From Puccinia triticina (taxonomy: Eukaryota), in assembly GCA_026914245.1 (NCBI GenBank), contig CP110440.1:806001-870000 (forward strand): 64,000 nucleotides of DNA, read 5' to 3'. The notes below the pieces were generated by a model. It had not been told where the DNA came from. It saw only the letters and a list, made by a program, of their open reading frames with translations, and searched no databases. Position 1 is the stretch's first letter, and each line of letters opens with the position of its first letter. Shown one piece after another: positions 53,062-64,000 of the stretch. The translations under genes were made by a program, and so were the position numbers.

Positions 53062-53538
53062 TCGGCTTTCTCTACAGGCGGGCAAGTTCTTGACGATTAT
53101 TGAATGCGCCTGAATGAAGATTCTGTCAAGGCATTGATCTGCTCTCAAGACTGGATCAAGGCTGCCAAGCGGGCAGCCTTGCAGTGATTTTTCATGTTAT
53201 TTCCCCTATCATTACTAAACTTATACACGCAAATGATTTTTTCACCATTGTTTTTTCACTGCTCCTCCCTGGGAATCAAGTAGAAACAATTTTGAAGGCT
53301 ATTTATCCTACATTCTTATTTTTATTTTTATTTTTCTGGCTCCTTATGGTTTTTGGGCGGGGCCCGCCGGCGGCCCACCGGCGGCCCGCGGGCTGTCCAT
53401 GGGCGGCCCGAGTCACAAACGGGTTTGGGTTTGGACATCATTTGAATGAGGCTGGCCCGGCCCGGCCCGTCCATTGAGTTCCCGGGCTGCGTCAGGTCGG
53501 CCCGCGGGCGGCCCGAGCCCGCCCAATTATCATCCCTG

Positions 53539-53722
53539 CGGGCCCCGATGGGGGGGGGGGGCCACAGGCACCCGCAAGTTGCCCGCGAGCCGCCCATTTG
53601 CTAAACGGGTCGGACGGGCCAGGTCGATTTTAAATTATTATCTGAAATGTGTATCCAAGCCCGGCCCAAGCCCGCGTGGGTTCGGGCGGCCCGTTGGCTG
53701 GCCCGCCCTATAGCCATCCTTA
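53539..53722 (+). mobile_element. Orphan right end of another hAT-like element
   Basis: GCCCG subterminal repeats ending TAGCCATCCTTA (hAT-like TIR). No left partner seen. Confidence 0.5.
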
Positions 53723-53923
53723 TTTACACAACAGCTGTATATGAGATCAAGTAATAGTTTTATTTCAAACAAATCAAGTATTGCAATTATTAGATCACAA
53801 GGGAAGTTGATTGTTACCATTCTTCAAAAGTGGAAATGGGGAAATTTGATTGTTTGTTACTTATAGGAATTTGGTTGAAGTGAAAATAAAAAAGATTCTC
53901 CAACAACAGGTCACAAATTAGTT

Positions 53924-55654
53924 TTATTTTGGGTCACCTCCCTTGTTTTTGTTTTTATTCTTTCCTTTTCCATTCTTTGTCTTATCATTCTTTGTTTTTT
54001 CCTTCTTTTCAAGTTCTTCCTTCTCCTTCTTTTCTTGTTCTTCCTTGTCCTTCTTTGCTTTTTCTTCCTTCTCCTTCTGTGCCAGTTCTTCCTTCTCCTT
54101 TTCACCTGCTCCTTTATCAGCGACCTCTGCGGTGGCAAGCTTGCTATCCACCTGGGTAGTCGTGCCATCCGTCTTGACTGTTACATCGTTGTCCTTAGTC
54201 CCTTCGTCTTCAGGGCCACTTTTATCAATCAATTTTAACTCTGATACAGTGGTGCTGGAGTCGCCACTGGTTGTTTTTTCAGCTACTGCGGCTTCTAATC
54301 TTGACCTCCTGTGCCAGCTGTGCTTGCTAAGCTAGCTGTTTCCTTCAAGGCAGCGGTCTTTTCCTTGTCTTCTTTTACAACAATCGTAGTTGTTCCGCCC
54401 AACTTTTCGGCTGCGCTATCCTTCTTCATCACATCACCATCTTTACCACCCGCACCATTGGGTTTCTTATTGAATTGGGTGACATCCTTTTTCTCCTCCC
54501 CAGATCCGCCAGCATGCTTTTGCACAAACTCATCGATTTCTGCTTTTGTTACATCTTCAACCTTCAGGGGAAAACAATCTCAATAAAATTGAACCCCTCT
54601 TTGAATGATTTAGAAAAACAAACTACTCACCAGAGCCTTTTTAGTAAAGATACAACCCTCGGTGTCTTTCTCATCATCACAACTGTTACCACGACCATTA
54701 TTGGTATTCTTGGTGCTGTGGAAAGGTAGTAGTTACCACGATCAATGAGCATTTTTCTCATCAAATTGAATATCTTTCTCAAATGACTTACTCTCCAGCT
54801 TTGAATGTGCCAGTACGCAGAGATATGCTAGGGTCGCTTCCTATCTCCTTCAAGGAAAGAGCAGCCAATAAGGCCGACTTCTTGTTATTTTCAGCAGCCC
54901 CTGGAGACGCAGCATCCTTGTTAAAAAAACAAGATAAATCAAAGCCGCATTTTAATTAGTTCTAAAAATTATTATGATTGAATCTGAGATGTAAGAAATG
55001 AATTTTGAAAACCAACCTGATGCTGTATCAATCTCTCAATCTCAGGGTTTACCATCTTCTTACTTTTACAAGGAACACTAGCCACGCCTACTGTCTTGGT
55101 GTTTTTTTCGACTGACGCAAAAATTATAGCAGCCTCCTGACCCTCCTTGTTTCCGGCCTTCTTTGCATTCGTGAACGCTTGATCAGCCACAATCTTCTGG
55201 AAACAGTCAAGGTGCTTTTTGTCGAGCTTCCCCGTCCCATTTGATGCGGCCTCATTCCCCAGTCTAAATAGTTTTTGATTGTATCAGCTTTAATCAACAA
55301 ATTCATTTAGATAATCAATGTCACATTTCAATAGGAAAAAAAGTTACTGACAAACTGAAAATTGGATGTGTTATGTCCAAAGGGTTACTAAGCTTAAGCA
55401 TTTTATCAACAATATTTACTTCCTAATTAAAAATGAAATAAAATTATCAATACTCCAGAGATGGCCAAGCCCCATTGAGGTTTGATTTTAAACAATTCAC
55501 GCTGCTTTGAGATTAAGCTTACCTTAGCATGTGCCCATTCTTGAGGAACTTGTCTACGGTACCGCCGATGAGTCGAAGCAGCAGATGTTCCTTGTAAGAA
55601 AGAAACAAAGAGTGTCACAAGGACAAGTAGTTTTGTCCTGCTTTCAGTATGCAT
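53924..55654 (-). CDS. Secreted protein of a conserved fungal family with a long Lys/Glu-rich C-terminal extension, multi-exon
   Basis: Signal peptide MHTESRTKLLVLVTLFVSFLQGTSA and dibasic RR before QVPQE. Core LGNEAAS..DCFQKIVADQAFTNAK..VNPEI..QHQDAASPGA. Tail EKEKEE...GKNKNKNKGGDPK. Confidence 0.8.
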
Positions 55655-57020
55655 TGGGGCTAATTGTCTCCAAATTTAGGTGACAGTGATGATCTTAGGG
55701 TGTATTGATAGAGTATAATGCTGAATTATGATGGAAGGTGAATTGAAGCCTGCTTCACTCTTTCAAAGAAAAATTCACGTGATGTGAATAAGACGTTCTC
55801 AGGTATGATTTATATATGATCAACTAAATATTCGGTCTGGTGGTGAGTCTACTCTTTTGTTGGCAATCGTGGCCCGACGCTCCCTTTTATCCTCCAATCA
55901 CTGTCCACAGATTGTGGTTTTCCAATCGACAAACAATTGGTTGCTGCCCATCGGCCAGAAAGTCGAAACCAATTGCAAAGTGCTGAATGCTTTCAAGTTG
56001 GTGCCTTCGATACGAGTCACTCGAGGTCGAAGAGCACTAAGGAATAAGTGGTCCTTCTTCATGTTGAGCCGCTGCCACCTGTTCATGTGCTGCCCAACCA
56101 GGTCGAACAAAACGACGATCTAGACGACAAATTGCCTTATCATGCAATCTCAAAGACGACGGAACAACCTCGCAACCGACCTGTAGCTTGCAAATGAAGA
56201 ACGATTTGTAACGCTGGTGACAAGTATATCCGCTATAAGAACCTGCATTCATCAAAACTTTAAAAATAGTTTTAAAAGGAGGATATATGTATCATTCCTG
56301 ACGAAGTTAATCCACAAATTAAAACGAAGCCACTTCGCTATCATGGAGCGATTACCGCGAGTGCATTATGCAATCCGGAAGGAAATTTTGCTACAATGAA
56401 CTTTAAGTACGGTAACTAAGCTCTATATAGCTCAACCGCTGACATTGAGAAAGGAAGTGCTGTCGGGATCCAACCCCCATGCGCCATATAAAAACCAAGG
56501 TACCATACCAGAATTCAAAGAGGAATATATGTAGTCGTAATCAGTTGGCAATGAAAACATGATGCAGAGTTCACATTTACGTGTCAGAGAGGAATGCACT
56601 TAACGACCTCAAGACAAGAAAGAGAGGCAAATTAATTCGCACCAAACGTCGTTTTTTGAGGTGTATAGATGAATGATATTTACAATATTGTATTTATTTT
56701 AATTGTCTTCCGACACTTTTTGAGGTAACTGTCCATCTTGGTAACTGCTACTTACAAAAAGGCTCCGCCCAAAAACCTTCATTACGTAGAATAAAACTTC
56801 GGCCGAGTTGTGATTGTACTGAGCAAATTGTGGAATCAATCGATTAAAGATACTAGAAACAATCATGAAAGAATGATTGGCTCGGCTGCCTACTTTAGAC
56901 ACTCAATCGGCGACTTCAGAAAGGGATAACCCGGGTAAATGTGAGAAAAGCGAAAATATTGTGGGGTTGTAACATTACAAACTCGGCCACACTTAGGACC
57001 TTGACGCTGCCTGCATGATC

Positions 57021-58573
57021 TCAGACCTTGATACTGCCGCTGAAGGTTCTTTTGATCCCGACGGGAGGATGACTGTGATGTCGGGATTCTGCTTTTGGGA
57101 CAGGTGCAGCATGACTCTGAATATGTTCTTGCTCGAGTGACGTTAATTCAGCGGAATCATCTTCGAGACCAATTTGTTCCATAAGGCTACTTCTAGCTTC
57201 GTCATCCGCCAAAATGTCCTGAACCACACGAATGGCCTGTTTACATCTATGAGTGCCCAATCCATCAAGATCACCATGTAAGTATGAAGTTTTCTGGAAT
57301 TCTAACCAGAAATCATGAAGGCTTGAATCCACATAATGAACTTACGTCTTGCGGTGACTAAGCCATAAAGCCTTATACTTTTCAATCTGTTGATCTAGTT
57401 TCGCGATCTCTTCCGGTGTTTTTAAAGTAACTTCTTCCTTCTCTTTATCAGGTTCATCGGGTCGAAGTGCTGCTAAGCGACTTTGAAGTTCGATCCACTT
57501 CCGTACAAGATTTATAAGAAAAAGTACTCTCCGAGATGATCAAGACCATTAATTGAGTAAAACTGGAATCTTACAGTTTGCTTGAGTTCATTCTTTACGA
57601 CTGGGATCTCGGAAGTTGGCGGTAACTTCTCCAGCTCTCCTAGCTCGTTTCTCATTTTCGCATTGTTTTCTTTCAAGTTTTTTGTCGTGTTTCTGAGCAA
57701 ACAGGAAAATCAATAATCCATCTGTTTCTCAGACTGACAGGGAGAGAAGCGTTGAAGGAAAATTGGAGCGACTAGTGAAAGCGTACTAACTTGAGATCCT
57801 CTTGCTCAGCCTGCATTTCTTTAAGTTCTTCGGGTGCTACAGCAGATTGAGAAGACTAAATACAAAAGGTGATTCGAACCGTTCAACATGTGCTGAGTCG
57901 TATCGGACTTTCATTGACTTTGTTCAAGATGTGCAGTGGCACTTCACCTGTTTACAACAGTAAACTGCTTGTTTTCCAAATAGCTTCATATCTATCTTTT
58001 GGGATTCATGAAGGTAAGTCAAACATTTCAACACGTCTGCCTTCTTGATCACTTTCAAGTTGGCACTGATCTACCGGCTCCGTTCGAAATCATAAGTCAA
58101 GAGATGATTGCCATGAAGAATAAGATAAGGTTCGTTGAGATGCACAGGTCGTCAGCGGGTGAAGACCCTTTTCCTCGGAAAAAAGTCGCGTTGAATTGCG
58201 ATCCGATAAATGCGTACTCACATCCGCTGCGTTGTGCGGTCTGTAATTGAATAACCGATGCAGGCGCATTAGTTCATGAAAGGAGATCGCTTGCGAGTCC
58301 AAGGTAACAAAACAGTATTGACAAGCTAACTAGCCTGTTTTGTTGAATCAGATACTCGAGTACCTAAAATGAGGTTTCTTCCTCAGTTTGTGATGGAGCT
58401 CGCATGATTCTCGGCACCGAAGTAAATACCTACTTTGGACTCTGCTTCGGCCCCCTTGAGGTAGTCGATTTTTTCATTTTTGGCCTAGAAGAAAGATGAA
58501 TCAGTGATAAGCAGTACTTGCGGATAGTTTGGAAAGATGATAATTGTCAACGAACATTTGCTTTGGTGGTCAT
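57021..58573 (-). CDS. HOP2: Homologous-pairing protein 2 (Hop2/TBPIP/Meu13), multi-exon
   Basis: Spliced translation VLEYLIQQNRPHNAAD-ISANLK...KLFGKQAVY (winged helix), then a coiled coil and a C-terminal LMEQIGLEDD. Confidence 0.85.
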
Positions 58574-58829
58574 ACTGGGTGGTTGATGATGCAATGCTTC
58601 CTGGAAATGGTCAAGAGAACCTGCTTTGCGCTCAAGGAGTATTGCTCAGGGTTTCTGCCGCATATATGTACAGCTCGGGTTGACTCCTCCGGCTGTGGTT
58701 CTGGTCGGGAGGCAGCAGCCATCATCAATCCCACACGTTATCGCATATCATTGCTTCAAGCGACGCCGCCTGCATCGGTCATACCAACACCTCTCCGAAT
58801 CCATACCATCGATTTGATGTTTTTTCGCT

Positions 58830-59130
58830 CCTAGGAAGCTAATATCGTCATGATCCGTATGTCACAACAAGGACACTTGTGCTGGGATCCATCGAGATAA
58901 TCGTGTTCAAGACAGAGCCGGAGTGTGAATTATGAATTATCAGCCTTCCTCTGTAGGATGTTCCGGAGCTCAACCCTATCGAAGTCGGGTTTGCAGAAAT
59001 CAAACAGAAGCTGAGAGCCTCTCAACAGCTCAAATCATCCAGGTTCCGCGAGTGGACCGTCAGGCATTAATGCTGCCGAGGTTTTGACGGCAGAGATGGC
59101 CTACAACGCTTTCAAGCATTGTGGCTGTTC
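58830..59130 (+). pseudogene. Tc1/mariner (DDE_3) transposase C-terminal remnant
   Basis: PELNPIEVGFAEIKQKLR...YNAFKHCG resembles the SPELNPIE motif. Heavily decayed. Confidence 0.65.
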
Positions 59131-59759
59131 TATTCCGATCAACAACTGATTACAATTTTAGTTTGATCTCCCAAACTTCTGAATTCAAAGAGAATTCTTA
59201 TCTTGAAACGTATGGTGTTGCAAGGGCGTCTGGGCACTTACCCTAACTTAACAAAGTCCCTCTATTTGAGGGGGCACACTGTCCCGCCGGGACCCTCCAA
59301 AGGAGGGACTTACACCCAATGTCCAAGTTTGGGCTGACAGAATCAGAACTATGTCTTTTTTCAAACATTTCTGGCTTCACCCTTTCCCATTGGGCAGCAA
59401 AGGTTTGGGGGAACAAAAGATTCCCAAGATCAAGGAGAATCTCTCCAAATTTTTCTGAATTTTTTGAGGCCTTCAGAACCCCTCAGATCCATTATTTGTG
59501 ACTCAGTAATCAATATACTCAATGGCTGGGAGGATCCCCTGGCAGTCATTGAGGAGCTTGCTGAATGTGGGAATACCTCCCGGCCAGCAAGCGTTTGTAT
59601 TGCTGACCAGGAGGGATTCCTCACGGGAAGTGAGTAGATCAGAGCGGGTACCTGCCCCTGCACCCGGGTACCTGGCACCTGGCACCCGGGTACTTGTCAC
59701 TGCGGGTGTGGGTGCAGATTTGGGTGTCAAGAATTTGCAAATTTTCAGGAGGGTACCCG

Positions 59760-60319
59760 TGTAGGAAATAGAGATCAAACACTTTATTGCAGCAGATACC
59801 AAAAGCTAATAGTAGTATATAACTGACGTAAAGAGAAAAGAAAATAGAAGATGAGTGAGAAAACATAATGAGATAAAAGAGTGAGATCATTATGTAGCTT
59901 CTGATGTTCTAGTCCTTACTACTACTCTAAATATAGAAAATGAGAGATATAAACGGAGAGAGAAATAACAGCAAGGAAAACATGATCAATACTGGAGAAC
60001 AGGAGGAAAAGGGAACTGGGAAAGAAAACCGTTTGGGATAAGATGTACCTCCACTTGGTTATTTCCGGGCTCCTCCTGAATCTTGGTTGTCTAGAAATAG
60101 TGATAGTGGTGATACTAGGAAACGGCAGGTAGAATTGAGTCGGCAGTGGATTAAGGGTGTCTGAGTTTGATGGCGGTCGATTTTTGTGGTTCTTGTCAAG
60201 TCTGGGGATTCACAAAGAGTTGACGTGTCCCAGAACTCAATTTCTCAACAGCACATGCATAAATAATCAACAGAGCGTGCATAGCTTTGCTGCAGCGGTT
60301 CAGAATCATTTATCCAACA
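59760..60319. mobile_element. Solo LTR inserted in a GGGTACCC-rich hAT-like MITE relic
   Basis: TGTAGGA...TCCAACA ends. 5-bp TSD ACCCG. Confidence 0.72.
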
Positions 60320-61158
60320 ACCCGCACCTACAGTGGGTACCCGTGTGCAAGAGGCCATCTATACACTGTGTTCATCAATCAAACACTGGTAAAATGGTTC
60401 AACTGAAGGAAAGACAACAACTAGTCATTCCAATGTGGCGGGGGAGAAAATCAGTTGAAACATTTTACCAGTGTGTGATTGGGAAGCACAATAGTTATGC
60501 TCCAGAAAAACAGAACAAAACAATCCATGGTGATGGACAGCTGCCCTGGCCAAGAGTACTTGAACCAGGAGGCAACTGCTCTGCCTTTTCAACTTGCCTG
60601 TCCATTTTCTTATCCAATTGATCTTCAGAAGTCCATAATTTGGACCCAGTCTGTGAAGCCCCCACCTTCAACAGGTTTTCAAAAAAAGGGTCATGGCATT
60701 ACATGAACCCCCGGGCTGTTGAGTAAAAATTCTTGCCACCTCATCTCCTCTAGTCTGGCAGAGACGTTTTCTCTCCCGGATAGGCAAGTGCTTTTCCTTT
60801 TCCTCTTCTTCTCACTCCTAAGTCTCCCACTCAGTTGTACTTAAATGAGAGAATTGTTCTCTCCCGGCTAGAATCAAGAAATACAGCCGGCCAACAATTT
60901 GAACTAGAAATCTTTGCTTCCAGAATGTCCCATTCCCCTCTTTCAGCCCCATTTTCAGTGAGGCTCCATTGGAACTTTACAAAGTCCCTTTTTTGACTAG
61001 AAAAAAACAAAGTGCATCATTAGAAATTTTCAAGAAAACCCAGATAAAAAAGAACAAGATCAAGTATTTGAGGTTTTTCTTTGCTAACTTTTGTACACTT
61101 CTTTGACCCCCCCCCCCCCCCCCCCCCCCCTGATCTTGGCTCCTGGGAGAGCTTCCCC

Positions 61159-61759
61159 TAGAGATGGCATTCAGTACCCATTTGGGGTACCCGGCACCCA
61201 CGGGCGGGTATTGCTCACACCAGCTAGACACCTGCCAGGCGGGGCCGGGTGTCTGTTTTTCAGGCCAAAAGGAGGGGTACCCGGGTACCCTCAGCAGTAC
61301 CTGCCATATACCCGGGGGGCCGCTGACCACCTGTCACTGGTCAGCAGCGCGTTTTGATGCCCACTGCCGCTGCTGCCGCTGGATATAGCTCCCCGCCCCA
61401 AGTTCAGACCCGGCTGAATAGCCCAGCTCCGATCAGACCAGTCATCAACCTGCCCTCCCCTGCGCTCAACCACCAAACGCGGGCCACGTCAGCCTACCAC
61501 CAGCACCACCAAACACATGGGGCAGATTTATTTGAGGCACCATTGGTGACTCAGAGCCAATCCACCGCCATCACCACCCAAGCAAGTCACTCAACCACTC
61601 ACCATTGTTTAGCAGTGCAGGTACCGCAGGTATCCCCATAAAGTACCACCCGCACCAGCCAGGCGGTGCTGGGTGCGGTGCCAGGTATCTTTTTTATCCA
61701 AAATAACAAGAGGTACCTGGGTACTGCTAGCGGTACCCGGGTCCCAAATGCCATCTCTA
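61159..61759. mobile_element. Non-autonomous hAT element
   Basis: TIR TAGAGATGGCATT / AATGCCATCTCTA. 8-bp TSD GCTTCCCC. GGTACC subterminal motifs. Confidence 0.9.
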
Positions 61760-61962
61760 GCTTCCCCTAGCTGAAAATTGATGGATAGTTGACCAAGAAG
61801 GGGGGTGGGTAAACCTGATAACCATCTGGCCAATAAAGGTGCAAGAATGGTGCTAGTAGCACCATTCTTGCAGCCACAGTAGCACTGCTACTGTGGCTGC
61901 AATGATTGTCATAAGACTTTAAGCCAAACTTAAAAAGGAGGGACACATGGGGGAAGTGCCAA

Positions 61963-62280
61963 CAAGGAAGCAACTACTACGCTAATTACATTAGCGGCGC
62001 TAATTCTGTAGCGTAGTAGTTGGCTGCTAATGATTTTGGCTGTTAGTTTTAGCTGTAATACAAAGCCGCTAAATCACGCTAACGCTAAATTACAGCTAAT
62101 TAGCTACCCATTACAGCTAAATTAGCTGTAATTTGCAGCTAAAATTACACTTTTTTCTCAAATATCTGTTAGCTTTAAATGTAATAGATTTTAAGCTACA
62201 ATCTAGCGTAGCGTAGCGGCCTCAAAAACCGCTAAGTTAGCGCTAATTACGCTAAACGTAATTTAATAGTTGCATCCTTG
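61963..62280. mobile_element. TAGC-rich MITE
   Basis: TIR CAAGGAAGCAACTACTA / TAATAGTTGCATCCTTG. 7-bp TSD GTGCCAA/GTTCCAA. Confidence 0.78.
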
Positions 62281-62886
62281 GTTCCAACAGTGGGCCACTA
62301 TACTACTTTTGGTACCCAGTTTAGCATACTTTAGCAGAGCTAAACTACCACCAATGTGGTTTTCCATTAGCGGTCAGTGATTTCCGGCTACCACTAACTG
62401 GCTCCCCTGAAAACCACAGGGCCCCTATCGGCGCTATCGACGCTAGCAGTGCTAATTAACCGCTAAAAACGGATAGTGCTCTTAGCACCTGTCAGTGTAG
62501 CGTTGTGGCCCCGTAGCGGCGCTGCTACTAACGGCATTGTGCCAGGAACTATGCAATACTCAAATAGCGGATAGCGCATGCTACTGTTACTTAGCGGCCC
62601 AGTGCTGGGGGAACGGCTGTTGAGACAGAAAAGCGCTTGGGAGTCATATTCATATGCATATCCAGGCTCGAACTTAACGCAAGCCCCCACCTGCGCAAGG
62701 TGGGGCCCGCCTCCCGAAGGAGAGTCCCGCGGGGATGCGGGGTCCCTGCGGGACCCCCTCGAGAGGTCTTGTTAAGCTCGAGCTGCTCGATCAGCCCTCA
62801 CCAAAGTTTCCAACACCCTCACCAGCCGTTTCGGTGGATTAGGCAGCAAAGAGACTTGAACCGACTTACTTATATTTTGCTAGAGT

Positions 62887-64000
62887 ATGCAACGGACAAC
62901 AAGAATCGGACTGCTCCAACTTGAGCCAACCTTCAAACAACCTGAGCTATCAATCCGACAAGCCGACAATCTCATCTCCTCGTAGGCACCATCCTCATGT
63001 TCTTGTTGTAAACAAAGCCTGATACATGCATTGCTTTGCTTAAGAATAGAACCTGACGAAATCGATTTGCTCATCCTTCCAGAGATGGCCTTCACCGGTT
63101 AGCACCAATATCACATATTTCATCGGCAGACGCTCCTGAGAAAGTCTAATTACTTCCTGTATATCTTTACAAGGCTACAGTTTTCTCTCTTTTGAGGATC
63201 TCGAGCCGTTTATCGAGTCGGAGATTGATGGCATATCAATAACGTGGGCTAAAAAGACAGGTTAGGGTCATTCGATGATCTGAAACTCTCTACAGATGAG
63301 CAGCTGACCAAGGAAATAATTGGTCTTGAAACTCGGATTGATCAGCTCTAAAACTCAACTGCCATGTAATGATTGGCTTCCCTCAACGAATTTCAGAGCC
63401 AGGAGTGAGGCAGATTTACAATGCCTTGGGAATAGTTTCCGATCAGGGTGAGTTGATAAAGGTTTATCACAAGACTCAACTTTATCCCCCAGTCGACGAC
63501 ATCTGGGCTAGGCCCGGCGAAGGATTCTTAGTCATCGACCTGAACGTTGCAAGATTGAACGGCAAGCCTGGTAACCCGGTCAGATGTTGCATTGGGATTT
63601 GTATGGATGTTGAGTTTTCCATTCCTTCATCCCCATCTCACAAAAATCTATAAGTCTGATTTGTACGTTATCCTTACCATGATCAATGTACTTCATTTCC
63701 ATTCAAAACAACAGTTAAGTCCCGATCGATTTGAAGCCCCATTTGACGCATACGAGCTCAGTAACTTTGCAGTCAATCATAATGCCGAGATGATGATATG
63801 CTCCATGGCGTGGCTATCCTCAAGTCCGGTACCTGATCCTCATCATACTGAAACTGGTAGGAGTTGGGAGGAAACCGGGGACACAATGAATTACTGGGCA
63901 ATGCGTTGTGCACCTTTTTGGAAATTGAAAAATAGAACGTTCGTTACTTGCAATCGTGTCGGACAAGAACGCGGTGAGCAGATTATTCTTCCATTTTATA
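62887..64000 (+). CDS. NTA1: Protein N-terminal amidase (nitrilase/carbon-nitrogen hydrolase family), 3' end beyond the window
   Basis: RIGLLQ, DLLILPEMAFTGY, YHKTQL, IGICMD|LSPDRFEAPFDAYE, SMAWL, CNRVG. Glu-Lys-Cys triad. GT-AG introns. Confidence 0.85.

Larger units (their letters stand above)
20230..53190 (+). pseudogene. hAT-2 transposase pseudogene (about 20230-22246, plus 53062-53190)
   Basis: SGVWEHF (BED), HVQCLAHIINL, TRWNSTYLM, LLGWWK, SVASES|AFSTGGQVL...ALICSQDW. Several stops. Confidence 0.88.
18922..53538 (+). mobile_element. hAT DNA transposon (hAT-2), outermost member of the nest
   Basis: 18-bp TIR (T/C)AGGGATGATAATTGGGC at both ends and GCCCG-rich subtermini. The transposase continues across Gypsy A (ASES|AFSTGG). 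No exact TSD. Confidence 0.85.

Noticed and set aside
53943..54335. Phe/Ser-rich plus-strand ORFs
   Set aside because: Antisense shadows of the Lys/Glu-rich exon.
62285..62610. Additional TAGCG-rich MITE
   Set aside because: TIR-like ends are too degenerate and no adjacent TSD was found.

Overview
Eukaryotic, intron-rich fungal DNA. The TE repertoire and gene style suggest a rust fungus (Pucciniales); this is an inference. About 80% of the window is transposable elements. From left to right: (1) a decayed Copia element (minus strand, truncated by the window edge); (2) a full-length Tad1-like LINE (2802-12452, with TSD and polyA) carrying a nested hAT and a MITE; (3) the host gene SWP1; (4) decayed repeats and MITEs; (5) a five-level nest in which hAT-2 (18922-53538) contains Gypsy A (22247-53061), which contains hAT-3 (23959-43737), which contains Gypsy B (25486-42089), which contains a Helitron and a long-TIR MITE; (6) host genes for a secreted protein, HOP2 and NTA1, with small TE relics between them. 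The most notable observation is that both diverged Gypsy elements carry an antisense, multi-intron gene between pol and the 3' LTR. The two copies share peptide blocks, intron positions and phases, and a TATA box, and I do not recognise the protein. All boundaries were read by eye and may be off by 1-2 bp.
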